From positions 1 to 29,517 of IMG/VR virus record IMGVR_UViG_3300025066_000112: a stretch of DNA of 29,517 nt, one strand, 5' to 3'. The position numbers and the translations under genes are program-made. The notes beneath the pieces are model-generated. The model ran no database searches. It worked only from the letters and a program-made list of their open reading frames with translations, and had not been told where the DNA came from. Below, piece after piece: positions 13,723-23,541 of the stretch (positions are counted from its first letter, which is position 1; every line of letters begins with the position of its first letter). The stretch comes from a virus. Lineage: Duplodnaviria > Caudoviricetes.

Positions 13723-16509
13723 TTAAGCGGTGTGGGTTACGGGAGGGTTTACCTGGCAAAAATGGAGGTAATGCTTGGTTGTCTCGGTGGGAGTGACAAA
13801 ATTAACGTCTGCCGTTAGGTCCTGGATTGCGTCACTCCCAAAGGTTGCCCCGTCCGAGTTGCCTATTTCACTTTCCGCAAAATCCGCCCGGTTGCCGCTT
13901 GCCGTCCTGGAGTCATCGTATAGGTGAAATAGGATTGCCCGGTTGGCATCGGTGGTGGTGGTGGACCCCGTGTAATGTAGCCCGATAGTGTAATTGTTTT
14001 GGGTTAATGTGTTAATGTAGGTGCTGCCACTGATAACCCCAGCGGCTGCCCTAAATTTCCACTCACAACTGGCATCAACTGCCGTGGTGGCAAAAAACCG
14101 GGTTGCCGTGGTGGAGTAACGCATGGGTATTACTTGCTCCTCCAGGCGGAACTTAAAGCCCAAGGCAGTCGCCCGGGATTGAACGTCCGCAATCTTAACC
14201 CAATGCCAAGCCTCCATGGTGGTATCATCTCCGGTCAAGGCATCGGCGTAAACATCCACCATGGGGGCATCCGTCTCGTCCCGGATTGTCACACCCAAAT
14301 TATTATACAGGTCCTCCTCACTGGACCCGTCTGTAAAACCGGCATAACATTCCCGGGGTGCCAGGTAGTTGTTAAACAGGTAACTACCCTGGGCCATGGG
14401 GCGTTTGTTGCCAAAGTAAACCTCATCAATGCAGAGGGGGCGAATCTTGGTTGCCGCCTTACAGACGTTAACCAGGTCGTTGTAATGTTCCTTGAGCAGA
14501 TTAAGCCGGCAATACTCGGTTGGGTTCCCGAAAACGGCGGAGACAATCTCGGCGGCAGTTGCCGAGGTGGAGTTTGTGTCCTCCAGGTTCTTTGCCCCAT
14601 CCGCTATCACGGTCCGGGGATAGTTTGGGACATCCGTGTCCCCGGCAGAAAACGCCTCCACTCCAATATCAATGTCGTTGGTTTGGTGGGCAATGCCGGT
14701 GGTGGTTAAAGTGCCGGTCTTGTTTTGCGTGAAATCCACCCCGTTGGGTCCAGCCGGGTCGTTGTTAATTTCCAGGTGTGGATAATTCCCGGAGGTGGTT
14801 TCGTATAGCCTTGGCTTTCGTGGACCCTCAAATAACCGGTGGAACTTGTGGGCATCGGTTGAATGCCTCCTGCCTCCGGTTGTTCCGTTAAAAACTGAAC
14901 CCTTCCACATACTCGGCCAACCGGCCCGGTATTCACTGGTTTTAAGGCTCGGCCAAGTTTTGTTGGTGGCCACCGGCCAATCCTGGTCCAGTTCAACGTA
15001 AGCAGTTCCGCCGCTTAAATTAATGGATGTGTAATGGGACCGCATAAACCCGGTGAACCAATTGTTTACCGGCCAAGCTTCATGCCAAAAAAGAATGGGT
15101 CCCTCGGTGGTCAACTTAACCTCTTTACTGCTTAACGTGGGGGTGCTGTTAAGGTGGGTTGTTAGGTCGGTTTTAAGGGTGCCAACCGTCTTGGTGTGTG
15201 CAGCATAGGAGGAGGAGTCGTTGCCCCTGTACTGGTAGTTGTGGAGGTATTGAGGATGGGTAAAAACCGGGGGCATATAAAATTTTGTTTCCAGTGCCAC
15301 ATCACTAGAACCACTCCCCAAGTCTAACGTTCTAAACTGGTCCTGGTAGGTCAAGAGGTTCGTGGTTTTTTGCCACACATAATAATACAATTTGGAGGCG
15401 GACTTGGTTATTGTGAACTTATTAAGCACCGTGGAGGACCCCAGGCCGGCGGTGGTTAATGCAGTTGCGAGGTTGCTGTAACCGTCAAACTCTATGGTGC
15501 CAATCTCCGGGGTGCTGGTGGCATCGGTTGCCCGGTAATAACTCAAGTCCCCCGTGTGAAAGGCTAACTCCGCAACCTTGGCAGAGTCGTTGACTGTTGG
15601 AACATAACCGGCAGTTGCATACTCGCCGCCAATGTCCACGCATTGGGTTGGCTCAAATGTGATGCGGTGTGTTTGCCTGACCGACTCCTGGACCAAATCA
15701 TGTTGCCCAACAAACTCCATAATGTTGTAGAGGTAGGAGGCATTGGTAATGTTATTGGCTCGCATGGTTTGAGCCACGCTCCCGGTGTGGGAATCAAAGG
15801 CCAAAAATCTTGGGTCATTCTTTTTGCACTTAAAAAAATATTTATAACTGGAATCGTAACCGGCAGTAACAGAATCCCGGCGGACACATTTTTGGGAATA
15901 CGCAGGAATGGTAAGGCTGTAATTATAACTGGAGGAGGTGCCAAAATAAAACGTGATTTGGCTGCCCGTTAGGTTGTGGAGTTTAAAGGCGTTGTACTTA
16001 TCATAGGTGTCCGGGAACTCAAAGACGTTGCCGCTGGCGTTGCCAATCAAAATCTCTGCAACGGCATATTTCCAACGTTTCTCCGGTGCCGGCTGCCCCT
16101 TATCCCACACATAATAAGTGTTGCCACTGTCGGTAACGGTGTGGGCTTTTAAGGTCTGGTCAATGGCAATGTCCGTGGCAGACAATGCCCAGCCTCCGGA
16201 GTCATAAGTGTAGGTTGCCGCACTTACTGCCGAGTCAATTGTTGCCTGGTCATGTGTTGCCGGCAGGGATGAATAAATGGGGTAAATGACGGAGAGGTCA
16301 TCGCTCTGGTGCTGGCTTGACGTGTAAAACCAAAACTCCTTGCCGGTGAGGAGGTAGTCCACCCAATCCGAATCCACCGCCCCATTAAATAGGAGGTAGG
16401 TGGATTTACCATCCATTGCCTTGTCAATGATGGTGTCCGCCTCGTCCCAAAGCAGATTCATCCGGTCTGCCGTGGGTTGCTCGTTGCCGGTTAAAAAGTC
16501 TAAAGCCAA
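13723..16509 (-). CDS. Large tail tip / central tail protein
   Basis: 928 aa, T/S/Y-rich, downstream of tape measure and distal tail genes; TTG start; family not recognised. Confidence 0.7.
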   Translation of the reverse strand: MALDFLTGNEQPTADRMNLLWDEADTIIDKAMDGKSTYLLFNGAVDSDWVDYLLTGKEFWFYTSSQHQSDDLSVIYPIYSSLPATHDQATIDSAVSAATYTYDSGGWALSATDIAIDQTLKAHTVTDSGNTYYVWDKGQPAPEKRWKYAVAEILIGNASGNVFEFPDTYDKYNAFKLHNLTGSQITFYFGTSSSYNYSLTIPAYSQKCVRRDSVTAGYDSSYKYFFKCKKNDPRFLAFDSHTGSVAQTMRANNITNASYLYNIMEFVGQHDLVQESVRQTHRITFEPTQCVDIGGEYATAGYVPTVNDSAKVAELAFHTGDLSYYRATDATSTPEIGTIEFDGYSNLATALTTAGLGSSTVLNKFTITKSASKLYYYVWQKTTNLLTYQDQFRTLDLGSGSSDVALETKFYMPPVFTHPQYLHNYQYRGNDSSSYAAHTKTVGTLKTDLTTHLNSTPTLSSKEVKLTTEGPILFWHEAWPVNNWFTGFMRSHYTSINLSGGTAYVELDQDWPVATNKTWPSLKTSEYRAGWPSMWKGSVFNGTTGGRRHSTDAHKFHRLFEGPRKPRLYETTSGNYPHLEINNDPAGPNGVDFTQNKTGTLTTTGIAHQTNDIDIGVEAFSAGDTDVPNYPRTVIADGAKNLEDTNSTSATAAEIVSAVFGNPTEYCRLNLLKEHYNDLVNVCKAATKIRPLCIDEVYFGNKRPMAQGSYLFNNYLAPRECYAGFTDGSSEEDLYNNLGVTIRDETDAPMVDVYADALTGDDTTMEAWHWVKIADVQSRATALGFKFRLEEQVIPMRYSTTATRFFATTAVDASCEWKFRAAAGVISGSTYINTLTQNNYTIGLHYTGSTTTTDANRAILFHLYDDSRTASGNRADFAESEIGNSDGATFGSDAIQDLTADVNFVTPTETTKHYLHFCQVNPPVTHTA

Positions 16510-16697
16510 ACCGCTTTGCCACTCCCTCCGCTCCCACTGCCGCCGCCCTTACCTTCCCGGACGGTGCCCCGGGTTGTGCGCTTGTAGTTGGTATTGGAGG
16601 ACCCAACCGGCAGGAGTGACAAAATCACCTCGCGCAGTTGGTTGTGCCATGCTGCCTCGGGTCCATTACCTTTTAGTTTTGCCGGGACGCGCACCAT
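16500..16697 (-). CDS. Small tail tip protein
   Basis: 65 aa, GGAGG RBS, Gly-rich C-terminus ending AVWL. Confidence 0.6.
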   Translation of the reverse strand: MVRVPAKLKGNGPEAAWHNQLREVILSLLPVGSSNTNYKRTTRGTVREGKGGGSGSGGSGKAVWL

Positions 16698-16698
16698 G

Positions 16699-17535
16699 TT
16701 AGGCCTCCGGGTAAAGGAAGTTGGGCCAAATGTTTAACTGCCATTCCTGGTTGCGCTCAAACTTGCCGCCGGCAACCTGGGTGATTTGCGGGGACTTTTT
16801 CAACCATAACCATTTGTAGGTGTACCCGGTGCCGCTTATGTCACCGTCCACCGTAAATATTGGGGTGGGAATCTCGGACAAGGTGGCTTGTATCATGGCC
16901 GGGATGCCCTCGGCAGTTGTTAGTTTTGCCGTGGTCCAAAGGTAGTTAACCCCTGTCGTTGCCATGGCGCGTTGATAGTCGCTCGCCACCAACTCCGTCT
17001 TGCGAATAACGTATTCCGTTTCAATGTAAGACTCCTGACCCTTGGTTAGCATGAAGAAAAAAAACTTGGCGTTATCGGTCCAGGCAGAGGTGTTGGTTGT
17101 GGTGCCGCTGCCGGTGTGAATGGCAACATCAAATGCGTCCGTGTCATAATCCTTGGTGGTATCATCCCCCCACTCCGCCGCCTTTTTTTCAATGTCCTTG
17201 ATGGTGTTAGGGTTAAGGGAGTGCAATCGCCAATGCTCCCGGATGTCCTTTTGGGTGTCCTGCCCAATCAACTCCCAGGTGGTGGTTACATCGGCGTTAT
17301 TATCTCCCCCACCCCCTCCGGTGGTGTCCCGGTTAATCCTGGCAGTTAGGGTGGCGGTGGCTCCGTTAGTGTCATAAGTTACATCATCGCAACGGGGGGC
17401 GTACCGGGAAATTAGTTTGCGGACGGCACTGGCCTCCCCCTCGTACCGCACTTCCGATTGCCAACCGCTCTGCTTGTTCCAAGAGTAGCGTCTGCCTGTT
17501 CTCCTATATGTGCCTTTGCCTACTACTGTTGCCAT
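16699..17535 (-). CDS. Distal tail / hub-like protein
   Basis: 278 aa immediately after tape measure; call is positional. Confidence 0.6.
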   Translation of the reverse strand: MATVVGKGTYRRTGRRYSWNKQSGWQSEVRYEGEASAVRKLISRYAPRCDDVTYDTNGATATLTARINRDTTGGGGGDNNADVTTTWELIGQDTQKDIREHWRLHSLNPNTIKDIEKKAAEWGDDTTKDYDTDAFDVAIHTGSGTTTNTSAWTDNAKFFFFMLTKGQESYIETEYVIRKTELVASDYQRAMATTGVNYLWTTAKLTTAEGIPAMIQATLSEIPTPIFTVDGDISGTGYTYKWLWLKKSPQITQVAGGKFERNQEWQLNIWPNFLYPEA

Positions 17536-17538
17536 TTT

Positions 17539-18888
17539 TTAATTGGGATAAATAGAATCCCCCGATTTAGCGGAGGCAGTTGCTTTGGTGTTCGCAGCGA
17601 TTGCCTTTTGTTGGACGAGTTGCTGTTTAGCCAAATTGATTAAGCCTTGGGGAGAACGAACCAGGGCACCGATTTGTTGGGCGGATGTCATCGAGCGGGA
17701 AGCACCACCGCCAGCGGTGGACTTGGACAGTTTGCCGGCAGCCTCCATCGCTTTCATCTCCAACTCCAATGCCTTCTTTTTGTCCTCCGGTTTCCCGGTT
17801 TCCCGGAGTGCCTTAATCTCTGCCTCGGCTTGTTCCTTTTGGAGTTTAAGTTGGGCTTGCTGCTCGGCGGTGGTTAGCTTGGCAAAACCCAATGCCTCCT
17901 TGCGTTTCTGAACTTGTTTCTCCAAGGCTTTAATCTCCGCCTCCATTTTGAAATCCAACCCCTGGCCAATAAATTTGCCCTCCGGTTTCTTATCGTCGGC
18001 AAGCATCTTTTCTCGGGCTACTCGGTTCTTTTCTATGTCATCCCAAACCGCCTCCATCCCGCCGCCAAACGACTCCCAAAAACCCACGTCCCAGTTGCCT
18101 TCTGATATGTTAGCCATTATGGCACCCAAACCCGTTATATACCCGGAGATGGGGGCAATGATTAACCCCTTGAACACCTCAACAAAACCGGTGGCAAAAC
18201 CGGTTAGGTTGCCCAGGAACTCCCCAAACCATGAGCGATTGGCGGCAGTCAGTGCCGCTAGTTTCTTGGAGGCATCATCTAGAGAATTAATGGACTCCTC
18301 GCTAATGGCAAAATCCCCGGAGGCTGCCGCCATTTCCCGCAAAGCCTCGGACCCCTCGCTAATAAGGGGTAACACTCGCCGGCCCAGGTCATCGCCAAAG
18401 GTGCGAATGGTTGCAGTTAACACCCGGGATTTGTCATCGGTCTTGGCTGCCGCATCGGCAAAGGCATAAAGGGCCTCCATTGCCGTTAGGTTCTTCATTT
18501 TGCCAGACTCCAACCCAATCAACCTGAAGTCCTCCCGGACCCCCTCGGACCCACCTATGGCATCGTGCATTTTATCCGCCAAAGTCCCAAAGGCATCAAC
18601 CACATCGTTAGTGTCTGCTCCCACCGTCTTAAAGAGGTAGTCCATTTTTTGGAACTCGTCCGTTGTTAACCCGATTTGGTGGGAGAAGGTTTTAACGTCT
18701 TTGGCAAACTGTAACGCCTCGGAACTAGCCTTGGATAAAAAGCCCAGGGCAAACACCCCGGCAAGTTGTCCCTTGAGGTTAGATGCCATTTTCCTCCCGG
18801 ACTTTTTCATGGACCCGGAAACCTTGCTCATTCCCTGGTTAAAGGGCTTGGCATCCAGTCCGAGTTTGGCAACGAGTTGGGCGAGCAT
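17539..18888 (-). CDS. Tape measure protein
   Basis: LVAKLGLDAKPFNQGM N-terminus, helical Ala/Lys-rich body, follows tail chaperone. Confidence 0.85.
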   Translation of the reverse strand: MLAQLVAKLGLDAKPFNQGMSKVSGSMKKSGRKMASNLKGQLAGVFALGFLSKASSEALQFAKDVKTFSHQIGLTTDEFQKMDYLFKTVGADTNDVVDAFGTLADKMHDAIGGSEGVREDFRLIGLESGKMKNLTAMEALYAFADAAAKTDDKSRVLTATIRTFGDDLGRRVLPLISEGSEALREMAAASGDFAISEESINSLDDASKKLAALTAANRSWFGEFLGNLTGFATGFVEVFKGLIIAPISGYITGLGAIMANISEGNWDVGFWESFGGGMEAVWDDIEKNRVAREKMLADDKKPEGKFIGQGLDFKMEAEIKALEKQVQKRKEALGFAKLTTAEQQAQLKLQKEQAEAEIKALRETGKPEDKKKALELEMKAMEAAGKLSKSTAGGGASRSMTSAQQIGALVRSPQGLINLAKQQLVQQKAIAANTKATASAKSGDSIYPN

Positions 18889-18889
18889 T

Positions 18890-19486
18890 TTAGTTGTTCC
18901 TTATTTGGTTGGCCTCCCGTTCTGCCTCCATTTTGGCAAACCTCTCTCCAAATTCGTCCGCCTTCTTCTTTGCCTCATCATCCGCCTCGGTCTTTAAGTT
19001 GAGGCTGCCGTCCATTTCCCCAAGGGTTACGATGTCCCAAAGGTTCATTGCGAAAGGCCGGTTCATAATCTCGGACTCGGTTAGGTTGGTCTTGCTATGG
19101 AGTTGCACCCGGATAACCTGGGCCAAGGGTGTCTCAAGGTTTTTGCCCTTGTCCTTGAACCAATAGCTCGGACCCTGCACCCCTTCTTCCAGATACTCCC
19201 GGAGAAATTGGGTTTCCTTTTCCAAGTCTATCTCCTGACAAACCTTGGCAAGTCGCTTGGTGTGTTTTGTTATTGCCCCGGACGCTTGAGCCTCCAAGAA
19301 CTCCTCAAAGGTGGAGGAACAGATAACAACGGCAGCGGCAAAATCTATGACAGTGACGGGACCCCCCAGGAGTAACGCACAAGCGTTTTTCTCAAGTAGT
19401 ATGTAATGCCCCAAGCTAAAGGGGCGGAGCCTTATGCCGAGAACCTCATAAGTGTCCGGGACAATCGTGTCATGGAATGACTGCAC
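18890..19486 (-). CDS. Tail assembly chaperone (single ORF)
   Basis: Between major tail and tape measure genes; LRPFSLG N-terminal part and ESEIMNRPF gpT-like C-terminal part. Confidence 0.65.
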   Translation of the reverse strand: MQSFHDTIVPDTYEVLGIRLRPFSLGHYILLEKNACALLLGGPVTVIDFAAAVVICSSTFEEFLEAQASGAITKHTKRLAKVCQEIDLEKETQFLREYLEEGVQGPSYWFKDKGKNLETPLAQVIRVQLHSKTNLTESEIMNRPFAMNLWDIVTLGEMDGSLNLKTEADDEAKKKADEFGERFAKMEAEREANQIRNN

Positions 19487-19490
19487 ATTA

Positions 19491-19970
19491 TTAGGTCAAG
19501 GTGGCATCCAGGTCGCACCCGGCATACTGTTTAAGCACCATGCTTATACGGGCCTCGGCATCGTTGGAACGTGATAGCTCCCCACTCATGTAAGACCACA
19601 CCCCGGCTCCGTCAGTTTCTTTAACCGTGTCAGTGTCCCCGTCCAGGGTTGTTAGGTGTTCGTCACTCTCCACCAGGGTAATAAGGGTGCCCGATGGCGG
19701 CAGTAGCTTCTCAATGTCTCCCTGCACCGTGTTGAGGGTTGTTGAACTGGGCACCACCTCGATGGATGTTTCCCGGTTCTGGTTACTGAACACCAACAAG
19801 GACACCTCCCCGTTGCCGTTCTTCACCTCTGCAACATCGGAGTTATTGGATACCGAAACACTCTGAACCTCACCCTTGGCAGTTGCCCACGGTTCCGCCG
19901 AACCGTCAAAACCGGTGGCAGTTATTCCGTTAACGCCCCATACCACATATTTACCATTAAAGGTCGCCAT
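19491..19970 (-). CDS. Major tail tube protein
   Basis: 159 aa, beta-rich and acidic, canonical position, own promoter motif. Confidence 0.7.
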   Translation of the reverse strand: MATFNGKYVVWGVNGITATGFDGSAEPWATAKGEVQSVSVSNNSDVAEVKNGNGEVSLLVFSNQNRETSIEVVPSSTTLNTVQGDIEKLLPPSGTLITLVESDEHLTTLDGDTDTVKETDGAGVWSYMSGELSRSNDAEARISMVLKQYAGCDLDATLT

Positions 19971-19976
19971 TCAGAT

Positions 19977-20004
19977 AGTTTAAGACTTATCGGGGGCGTT
20001 TCAA
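19977..20004 (-). promoter_or_regulatory. Putative late promoter TTGAAA-N16-TAAACT
   Basis: ATTTGAAAC motif; -10 ends 6 nt before ATG 19970; no Shine-Dalgarno. Confidence 0.65.
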
Positions 20005-20798
20005 ATTTTGCGCCCGGATTTGTTAAAAGCCTTCTCCATTCGGTACTTTAAACGTTTCTCAAAATACCGGTTCATTAGGTCCATGGATTGGTCCAAGGCA
20101 TACTTCATCCACCTGGTGGTTGCCCCCCTGCCACTGGCATAGTCCATTAGGTTGGCAATGGTTATTTCCTGCCCGGGGAAATTGAACCCACTGGACTTGT
20201 CCTTGATATAACCCCGCCCGGAATGCCGTTTCACCCAGGCCGGCCACCCCTTGTTGCCCCTGGCCTTTAACCCTCGGGCTGCCTTGTTCCACCCTGCTTT
20301 GTACCGGCCCAACCGGGTTGCAACATCCTTGATATACTTGTTGCGCTCGGTCTTGTTTATTACAAACAACTGCTTGCCGGTGGTCTTGTTTATGCGTCCC
20401 CGCTTGTTCCTAAATCTCTCATGGAAATTGCCCGGTATGGTCTTGCTTACTTCCCGGCCAATGATGCGGGACAACACCCTCAACTCCCCCTTACTAATCA
20501 GTTTTTTTATCTTGGGGTCCTGGTAGAGTTTTAATTCTTTGAGAACACCCACCACCCTCTTGATGTCGGTTTGGATGTTTTGAAGTCCCTGGGCTTTTTG
20601 TTGGCCTCCCTTTTCGGAGTGCGCCACGGACATGTTGCCCGAGTGTGGGGGCGTAACCTTTAGGGCAGTCTCCACCAGGTGCCGCCCGGTTAATCTTAAA
20701 ATTTCCTTGGTTGCTAAACCGGTCTCCTCAACCAGTTTATCCACGGAGCCATAAAATGCCCCATCATCAATGGAGAATTTAGAAGGCACTGGCAACAA
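20001..20798 (-). CDS. Basic tail completion / neck protein (gpZ/HK97 gp10-like)
   Basis: 265 aa, very K/R-rich, TPP motif, neck position. Confidence 0.6.
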   Translation of the reverse strand: MLPVPSKFSIDDGAFYGSVDKLVEETGLATKEILRLTGRHLVETALKVTPPHSGNMSVAHSEKGGQQKAQGLQNIQTDIKRVVGVLKELKLYQDPKIKKLISKGELRVLSRIIGREVSKTIPGNFHERFRNKRGRINKTTGKQLFVINKTERNKYIKDVATRLGRYKAGWNKAARGLKARGNKGWPAWVKRHSGRGYIKDKSSGFNFPGQEITIANLMDYASGRGATTRWMKYALDQSMDLMNRYFEKRLKYRMEKAFNKSGRKI

Positions 20799-21219
20799 CG
20801 TCGAAACTCACCGTCCCAACCAGAAACCGGTCCTCCACTCCCTGGGTGAATCGGTACCCGAACACCCCGCTTGTCCTAATCGTCTGGTCCGTTGCATCCA
20901 GGGTGGTGGTTATCCCGTCATCCATGAACAGGTCCCGGATGTTGGCCAGGAGTGTCCGGTGTGTGGCGGCGGAACTGGTAGCGTCCACGTTGCTCCTAAT
21001 CTCTACCACCATGCGAACAGACCACAACCCCGTCCCCACCAGCCTCTCCTCGGCACTCTCGGCAAAACAGACAATCCCGTTTTTCTCATAAGCACCATCG
21101 TTTATGCCGGTCAAGGCATCGTAGTCGGCGGAGTAAGTGGACCAAAAACTGGACTCCTCAATTACCTCCTTGATTGCTAACTCCAGTTTGGAGTCAACGT
21201 TGTTGTATGGTGATGCCAT
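20779..21219 (-). CDS. Tail terminator-like protein
   Basis: 146 aa, acidic, neck position. Confidence 0.55.
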   Translation of the reverse strand: MASPYNNVDSKLELAIKEVIEESSFWSTYSADYDALTGINDGAYEKNGIVCFAESAEERLVGTGLWSVRMVVEIRSNVDATSSAATHRTLLANIRDLFMDDGITTTLDATDQTIRTSGVFGYRFTQGVEDRFLVGTVSFDVVASAF

Positions 21220-21220
21220 G

Positions 21221-21550
21221 TTATTCGTTTAATCCTGCCATCTGGTAGGAAACCACCTTGCCGTCCGACAATGCCCGGGCATGGATGCGAAACACCTTGC
21301 TGTTTAGCCGGGTGTCATGGGTGGCGGTGATTGTTACGGTATCGCCAATGTCCGGGAGCGTGGTAAAGTCAGCCGCTTTAATTGTTAACTCCACCGAGAA
21401 ATCCGGGATTAACCCACCCGGTTCCAAGTTGTTCTCCTCCGACACTTCCCCCAGGTATCCGGTGTAGGAGGTGCCCCCAAACGTAAAGGTGGTGGTCCAG
21501 TCAGCCCGGACATTTTCAAAGTCGGTTTGCAGTTGTGATACCAGGCTCAT
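21221..21550 (-). CDS. Head-tail joining protein (gpFII-like)
   Basis: 109 aa beta-rich, LPDIGDTVTI motif, follows capsid gene. Confidence 0.65.
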   Translation of the reverse strand: MSLVSQLQTDFENVRADWTTTFTFGGTSYTGYLGEVSEENNLEPGGLIPDFSVELTIKAADFTTLPDIGDTVTITATHDTRLNSKVFRIHARALSDGKVVSYQMAGLNE

Positions 21551-21558
21551 CTTAAATT

Positions 21559-21591
21559 AAAAAAGGGAGAGGAGGATAACCCCCTCCCCCC
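21559..21591 (-). terminator. Intrinsic terminator after the capsid gene
   Basis: Minus strand G-rich arm, TTAT loop, CCTCCTCTCCC arm, then TTTTTT. Confidence 0.8.
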
Positions 21592-21612
21592 ATGCACTAA
21601 CTATTTAACCGT

Positions 21613-23541
21613 TTAGAGGTCGCAATCAAACTTACTGAATGACTCCGCATGGCGGACCGCAATGTCCGTAAACAGAGAAACGATAAGTCTAACAATCCCG
21701 GAATGGGCGGAGGTGTATGGGTCCACCAGGACTTCCACACCGTTCCAACGTCCGATAATCAAATCGGCCATGTTGCCGAAAATGAATGCCGTACCGTCGC
21801 TTCCCGTTCCGTGGGTATCCGGGACGTTGTTGGAAACAAACAACGGAGAACCCGCCACCCTTCCATCATTGTCCAGAAGGAACTTTGCCGTACCACTTGC
21901 AACCTCGGTGGTTGCCAGTGCTGCGCGTCCCTTGGCGGATGTTAGCCAAGCCAAATCGCCCATAAGGGCGTTGTCCTGGTCAACCTCGCTGATGCAAGCC
22001 CAAAGCTCGGAATAGCTCAACGTTTGCCCGGTGCCGGTGTTGCCAATGCCCGAGGTGTCAAGAATCCCGGAGGGTTCATTGGTTCCACCACCAACGATGG
22101 CGGCAGCGTCCTCGGCGATGGCCAAGCCTTTGAGGATGTCGTTGCGCAACACATTTTCCATATCCAAAGTGGATTGGACCATGAGTTGTTTGGACACATC
22201 AATGTGAACGCTTAACCGTTTCGGGGTTAACGAGATTTGGTCAAACACCGGGCTAGACTCGGTGGGTGAACCTGTTTCCGCTACCCAATAACCGGTGCTG
22301 CCAGTGGTCAAGCGGGGAATGCCCACGTTGCCTTGGAGTCCCGAGAGGACTGTTGCCCCGGCTTGTTCCACCACAACCATGTTGCTCAAACGGTCAACAA
22401 AGTTTGAGTCCACCACGGTTGCAACCGTATCCGCACCGGAACTTGACCCGGCAGTAATATCACGGACTTGGAGGTCGTTGGGGATTAACAAACCGCTGGT
22501 AACTCTACCGTAACGCTTTTGTGCCTCCTCGCTAACCTCTGCCTCGTAACCACCAAAACGTCCGTCCTTTAAATAACCAGCAATGGCATTGCAAAGGCTG
22601 AAACGTTTTTCCTCCCGAGGTGCAAGGATTTCACCCTTGTCCTGGACAGGCTCGGTTTTGAGTTGGTTGTCCAAAATCCACCGGGAAAACTCCCCGGCAG
22701 TCTTGCCGTCTTGGATGGCATTGTGCGCGTCATCCATGCAATTGTAACGGGCACCAAGTGCCGTTAACTCCTTGGAACGTTTCAACTCGGCATTACGGGT
22801 GTTCTCCGCGATAACCTCAACGTTAGGAGTTTCTTTTTCCTTTATTTCTTGTGACATAATAATGTTTTCCTTTTGTTGTGGTTGTTCGACTTCTACACCC
22901 CGGCCAACTCCAACCGAGGGGTCCGCTGGCACCGGCACAACGGATAGCTCTAGAGGGAGGAAACTCGTTACTCGGAGGGTATCCAGCCCATCCGTTGCTC
23001 GTTCCCGTACCGTCTTGAGGACGTAATAGCCAACGCTTACCAAGCGTCTAATGCCATCTTTCACGTCCCGGTAAATTTCCTGTGCCCTTTCGGACTTGGA
23101 GAAACGCACAACTGCACGTCCCACTTTGTCCTCGTCAACCCTGGCACTCTCCACCACACCAATCTGGTCATCGGTGTTGTGGTTTAACAAAAGTGGTGCC
23201 CCGTTGTTTAAACGGGATAAATCTGCACTGCCCTCGGAATGGTCGAGGACTTCCATGAAACCGTCCCTTTCAACGGGCATCTCGGAGCTAAAGGCCAACT
23301 CCACAACGTTGTCCTCCTCCAATGCTCGCGCCTCTGCCTGGACGGAACGGTGTGCCATAACCATGGCGGCACGGTGTTGGTCTTTTTCCTCGTCGGCAGC
23401 GTTCTCCCCGCCGCCCTCTTCTGAATCGTCCCCCTCGGTGATGCCTTCCGGTTCCGGGGGGTTCTTCTCCATGATGATGGTCAAGGTGGTGGCATCCTCT
23501 TGGACATCCACCAAGTGCCGTTCTTCTTTTACTTCACTCAT
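21613..23541 (-). CDS. Fused HK97-family prohead protease and major capsid protein
   Basis: LAFSSE, PLLLNHN, VSVGY and ELSVVPVPAD protease motifs followed by HK97-fold capsid (WVAETG, LTPKRL, DIAVRHAESF). Confidence 0.93.
   Translation of the reverse strand: MSEVKEERHLVDVQEDATTLTIIMEKNPPEPEGITEGDDSEEGGGENAADEEKDQHRAAMVMAHRSVQAEARALEEDNVVELAFSSEMPVERDGFMEVLDHSEGSADLSRLNNGAPLLLNHNTDDQIGVVESARVDEDKVGRAVVRFSKSERAQEIYRDVKDGIRRLVSVGYYVLKTVRERATDGLDTLRVTSFLPLELSVVPVPADPSVGVGRGVEVEQPQQKENIIMSQEIKEKETPNVEVIAENTRNAELKRSKELTALGARYNCMDDAHNAIQDGKTAGEFSRWILDNQLKTEPVQDKGEILAPREEKRFSLCNAIAGYLKDGRFGGYEAEVSEEAQKRYGRVTSGLLIPNDLQVRDITAGSSSGADTVATVVDSNFVDRLSNMVVVEQAGATVLSGLQGNVGIPRLTTGSTGYWVAETGSPTESSPVFDQISLTPKRLSVHIDVSKQLMVQSTLDMENVLRNDILKGLAIAEDAAAIVGGGTNEPSGILDTSGIGNTGTGQTLSYSELWACISEVDQDNALMGDLAWLTSAKGRAALATTEVASGTAKFLLDNDGRVAGSPLFVSNNVPDTHGTGSDGTAFIFGNMADLIIGRWNGVEVLVDPYTSAHSGIVRLIVSLFTDIAVRHAESFSKFDCDL

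Noticed and set aside
14777-14785. Perfect DnaA box TGTGGATAA
   Set aside because: Single copy noticed, inside a tail gene and far from the putative origin; compatible with chance
18890-19486. Programmed G/GT frameshift in tail chaperone
   Set aside because: One continuous ORF fills the space between major tail and tape measure genes, so no second frame is needed
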